A stretch of 39,116 bases of DNA from Macrostomum lignano (lineage: Eukaryota), in contig NIVC01003784.1 of assembly GCA_002269645.1 (NCBI GenBank), positions 1 through 39,116 on the forward strand, given 5' to 3'. Made by a program: the position numbers and the translations under genes. Within the stretch, counting starts at the first letter, position 1. Every line of letters starts with the position of its first letter. Below, piece by piece: positions 36,939 through 39,116 of this stretch. Below the pieces are notes generated by a model. The model was not told the DNA's origin and ran no database searches. It saw only the letters and a program-made list of their open reading frames with translations.

Positions 36939-38176
36939 CTATATGACGGTCGGGCACTCGCAGATGTAGCCGGTGCTGCTGGTACACCAGAAATCGTCAA
37001 GGCCATTGCTAAAGAAACTGTACAGTGCGGCGCAGCCCTGGGAGGGGGTGCCCGAGTCCGGCTGCCCGGGCTCCCAGATGCCACGGTCGATGGCGACGCC
37101 GCAGCCGTCCCAGACCCAGTTGGCCTTCTTGTCAGCGCTGGCAGCCAGCTGGTAGCCGCCCAGGTGGTAATTGACCCCTGGCTTCCTCAGCGACATCAGC
37201 CAGCGCAGCTCGGCGAGGTCCCGACGACTGCCAGCCTGGCGAGGCCGCCATCCGCGGCGCAGGCGACCTTGGCGGTGGACCAGGTGGCAGTGTGGGAGCT
37301 CACCACCTTGTATGAGCTGCCGTTGCTGGGGTTTGGGGTTGTATAGGCAGTTTTTTAAGGCATTTTAAGGCAGACTCACTGATTGGTTGGTCTTTCTCTA
37401 TAAATGACTGTGCCTCTATCCTACATGTAATATACAAAGACTGCCAACTGAGAGATGGGGGCCGTAGCCCAGTGGTCTAGTGCGACGCTGTATTGTGCCA
37501 GCGGCCCAGGCTCGATTCCAAGTGCAGTCACATTAATTTGGGGTTAAATTGGAGTCTCGGCTTGGCTCTGCTCGTGCAATTAACGCCATTGAGGGCCAAA
37601 CCCCTCAAGTCACACTGAAGTGTACATGCCGAACGATAAATAAAGTTAGGGCCACTGTGCACTCCTGTGTGAGTGTGTGCCTGTGCGTATGACTGCGTAC
37701 GTATCCGCGCGCTTGTGTGTCTGCTCAGGGGAGTCGGCGGAATGGGCAGTAATGCCTCTCGCTGGTTGGTGACACGCCTACAAGCCTACCGAGAGTGAGA
37801 GTATCCCACAGGACAAAGACTGCCGTGCGCCGCTCCAGGCAACCGTCGTACAAAGATCTCGGCTCGGTCATCAGAGCCACAGCAGCCGCCGTCGGGTCGC
37901 GGACGGCGTGGCTGCAAGCGTCGAAGACAAACAGGCGGCACCGGCAGGCGGGCAGGGCTTGGAAGGCCTGGCAGCGGTCGGTGGCGGCGCAGCGCAGGGC
38001 GCAAGACTCGGCGCCGCCGCAGACGCCTGGCAGCAGGCGCTGGAACTCAGGCCGAATACCGCAGGCGCTCGCGCCTCCGGCGGCGACTCGTTCGAAGCCG
38101 AGCAGCCACCGGAGTCAGCTAGTTGCCATGGAGACCATAGCAGGAGCAGCAATGCAACCACGCTAACAGTGAACAT
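36939..38176 (-). CDS. Secreted PAN/apple-like + C-type lectin domain protein; exons 38176-37790 and 37325-36939; three apparent 1-nt deletions (assembly error or pseudogene)
   Basis: Signal peptide MFTVSVVALLLLLWSPWQLADS. In a shifted frame: ESCALRCAATDRCQAFQALPACRCRLF (PAN-like Cys spacing). In a third frame: SLCPVGYSHSR|NGSSYKVV..TWSTAKVAC, then after another shift ELRWL...W.W...WEPGQPD...CAAL...LDDFWC....YICE (CTLD). The phase-2 GT-AG intron is consistent. Confidence 0.72.
37457..37650 (+). mobile_element. tRNA-derived SINE (non-CORE) antisense in the lectin intron
   Basis: ggggccgTAGCCCAGTGG (A box) and GGCTCGATTCC (B-box-like, 37509-37519). The 5' and 3' acceptor-stem arms do not pair, so it is not an intact tRNA. 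The 3' end is approximate. Confidence 0.55.
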
Positions 38177-38424
38177 TTTAAGAATCCAATGCCTACCCCA
38201 TAGTTCCTTGCTAATTGGAAGTGCCTGAATTTTATACTCAAATCAACAAGTAGCGAAATGCAGCAGCACCTCACGCATACAGCTGTTCAAACAGCTTTGA
38301 GGAATTTTTTCCCGCTTGAAAAATATCCACCTGAGCAAACATCTTCGGCGAGCAACTAAGTTCTCTGTCGCCAATTTTTGATGCAATTATAATGAGCAAG
38401 TATGCTTGTTTACGAGAGCTCGAT

Positions 38425-39116
38425 GAGAGAAGTTGTCACTCCAGATTGCATGACAGTTAGATCTCCTTGTCTATGAAAACTGGGGATTGCCTCTCCAGAT
38501 TCCATGGCAGCTAGATCTTTTTGGCCAAATGATCGGAGAGAGGAGTTGCCGCTCCAGATTGCATACACTAGATCTCCTTAGCTGTGACGCTCGGGAGAGG
38601 AGTTGCCGCTCCAGATTCCATGACAGCTAGATCTCCTTGCTAATGAGCGCTCGGGAGAGGAGTTGCACTCCAGATTCCATGACAGCTAGATCTCCTTTGC
38701 TATGAGCGCTCGGGGAGAGGAGTTGCCACTCCAAGATTCCATGACACTTAGATCTCCTTTGCTATGAGCGCTCGGGGAGAGAAGTTGCCACTCCAGATTC
38801 CATGACAGTTAGATCTCCTTAGCTATGAGCGCTCGGGAGAGGAGTTGTCCACTCCAGATTCCATTACAGTTAGATCTCCTTAGCTATGAGCGCTCGGGGA
38901 GAGGAGTTGCCACTCCAGATTCCATGACAGTTAGATCTCCTTAGCTATGAGCGCTCGGGAGAGGAGTTGCCACTCCAGATTCATGACAGTTAGTCTCCTT
39001 AGCTATGAGCGCTCGGGGAGAGGAGTTGCCACTCCAGATTCCATGACAGTTAGTCTCCTTGGCTATGAGTGCTCGGGGAGAGGAGTTGCCTCTCCAGATT
39101 CCATGACAGTTAGGTC
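38425..39116. repeat. ~60-61-bp satellite/minisatellite (~11 copies) running off the window end
   Basis: Unit gggagaggagttgccactccagattccatgacagttagatctccttagctatgagcgctc(g), with many single-base indels between copies. Confidence 0.96.

Noticed and set aside
37457-37530. tRNA gene
   Set aside because: The 5' GGGGCCG does not pair with the 3' end, the anticodon arm is irregular and the B box is variant, so it is a SINE-like derivative.
38122-38135. Second perfect X-box (GTTGCCATGGAGAC)
   Set aside because: It lies inside the signal-peptide codons (W-S-P-W-Q) of the lectin gene. About one loose-consensus hit per few such windows is expected by chance, so it is not counted as regulatory.

Overview
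Eukaryotic (metazoan) genomic DNA with GC-rich exons and AT-rich or tandem-repeat-filled introns and intergenic DNA. The style resembles a free-living flatworm such as Macrostomum, but that is an inference, not an identification. Six spliced protein-coding genes can be reconstructed: (1) a large two-pore-domain K+ channel (K2P/TWK-like, +, ~667-7932, one apparent 1-nt deletion near 798); (2) GPN-loop GTPase GPN2 (+, 18455-21702); (3) a compact K2P channel with a non-canonical second pore signature SVGLG (-, 24974-26418); (4) a BOK/Debcl-type Bcl-2 family gene with a probable ~95-aa N-terminal extension (+, 27805-31403); (5) an EF-hand rhomboid protease with an intact catalytic dyad (+, 33324-35346); (6) a secreted PAN/apple + C-type lectin gene interrupted by three 1-nt frameshifts (-, 36939-38176). 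The AT-rich block at ~11.3-18.4 kb holds a decayed Mutator/NOF-FB-type transposase, a 5'-truncated LINE with a 13-bp TSD and a 787-bp MITE with a 4-bp TSD. Two tRNA-derived SINEs and more than a dozen mini/microsatellite arrays are also present. The most distinctive pattern is that several intronic tandem arrays have a repeat unit that contains the functional splice site itself. The second is a possible two-promoter BOK locus: an RFX X-box upstream, and a GC box plus CCAAT box inside intron 1 behind a long GATA repeat. No prokaryotic systems, CRISPR arrays, rRNA or intact tRNA genes were found.
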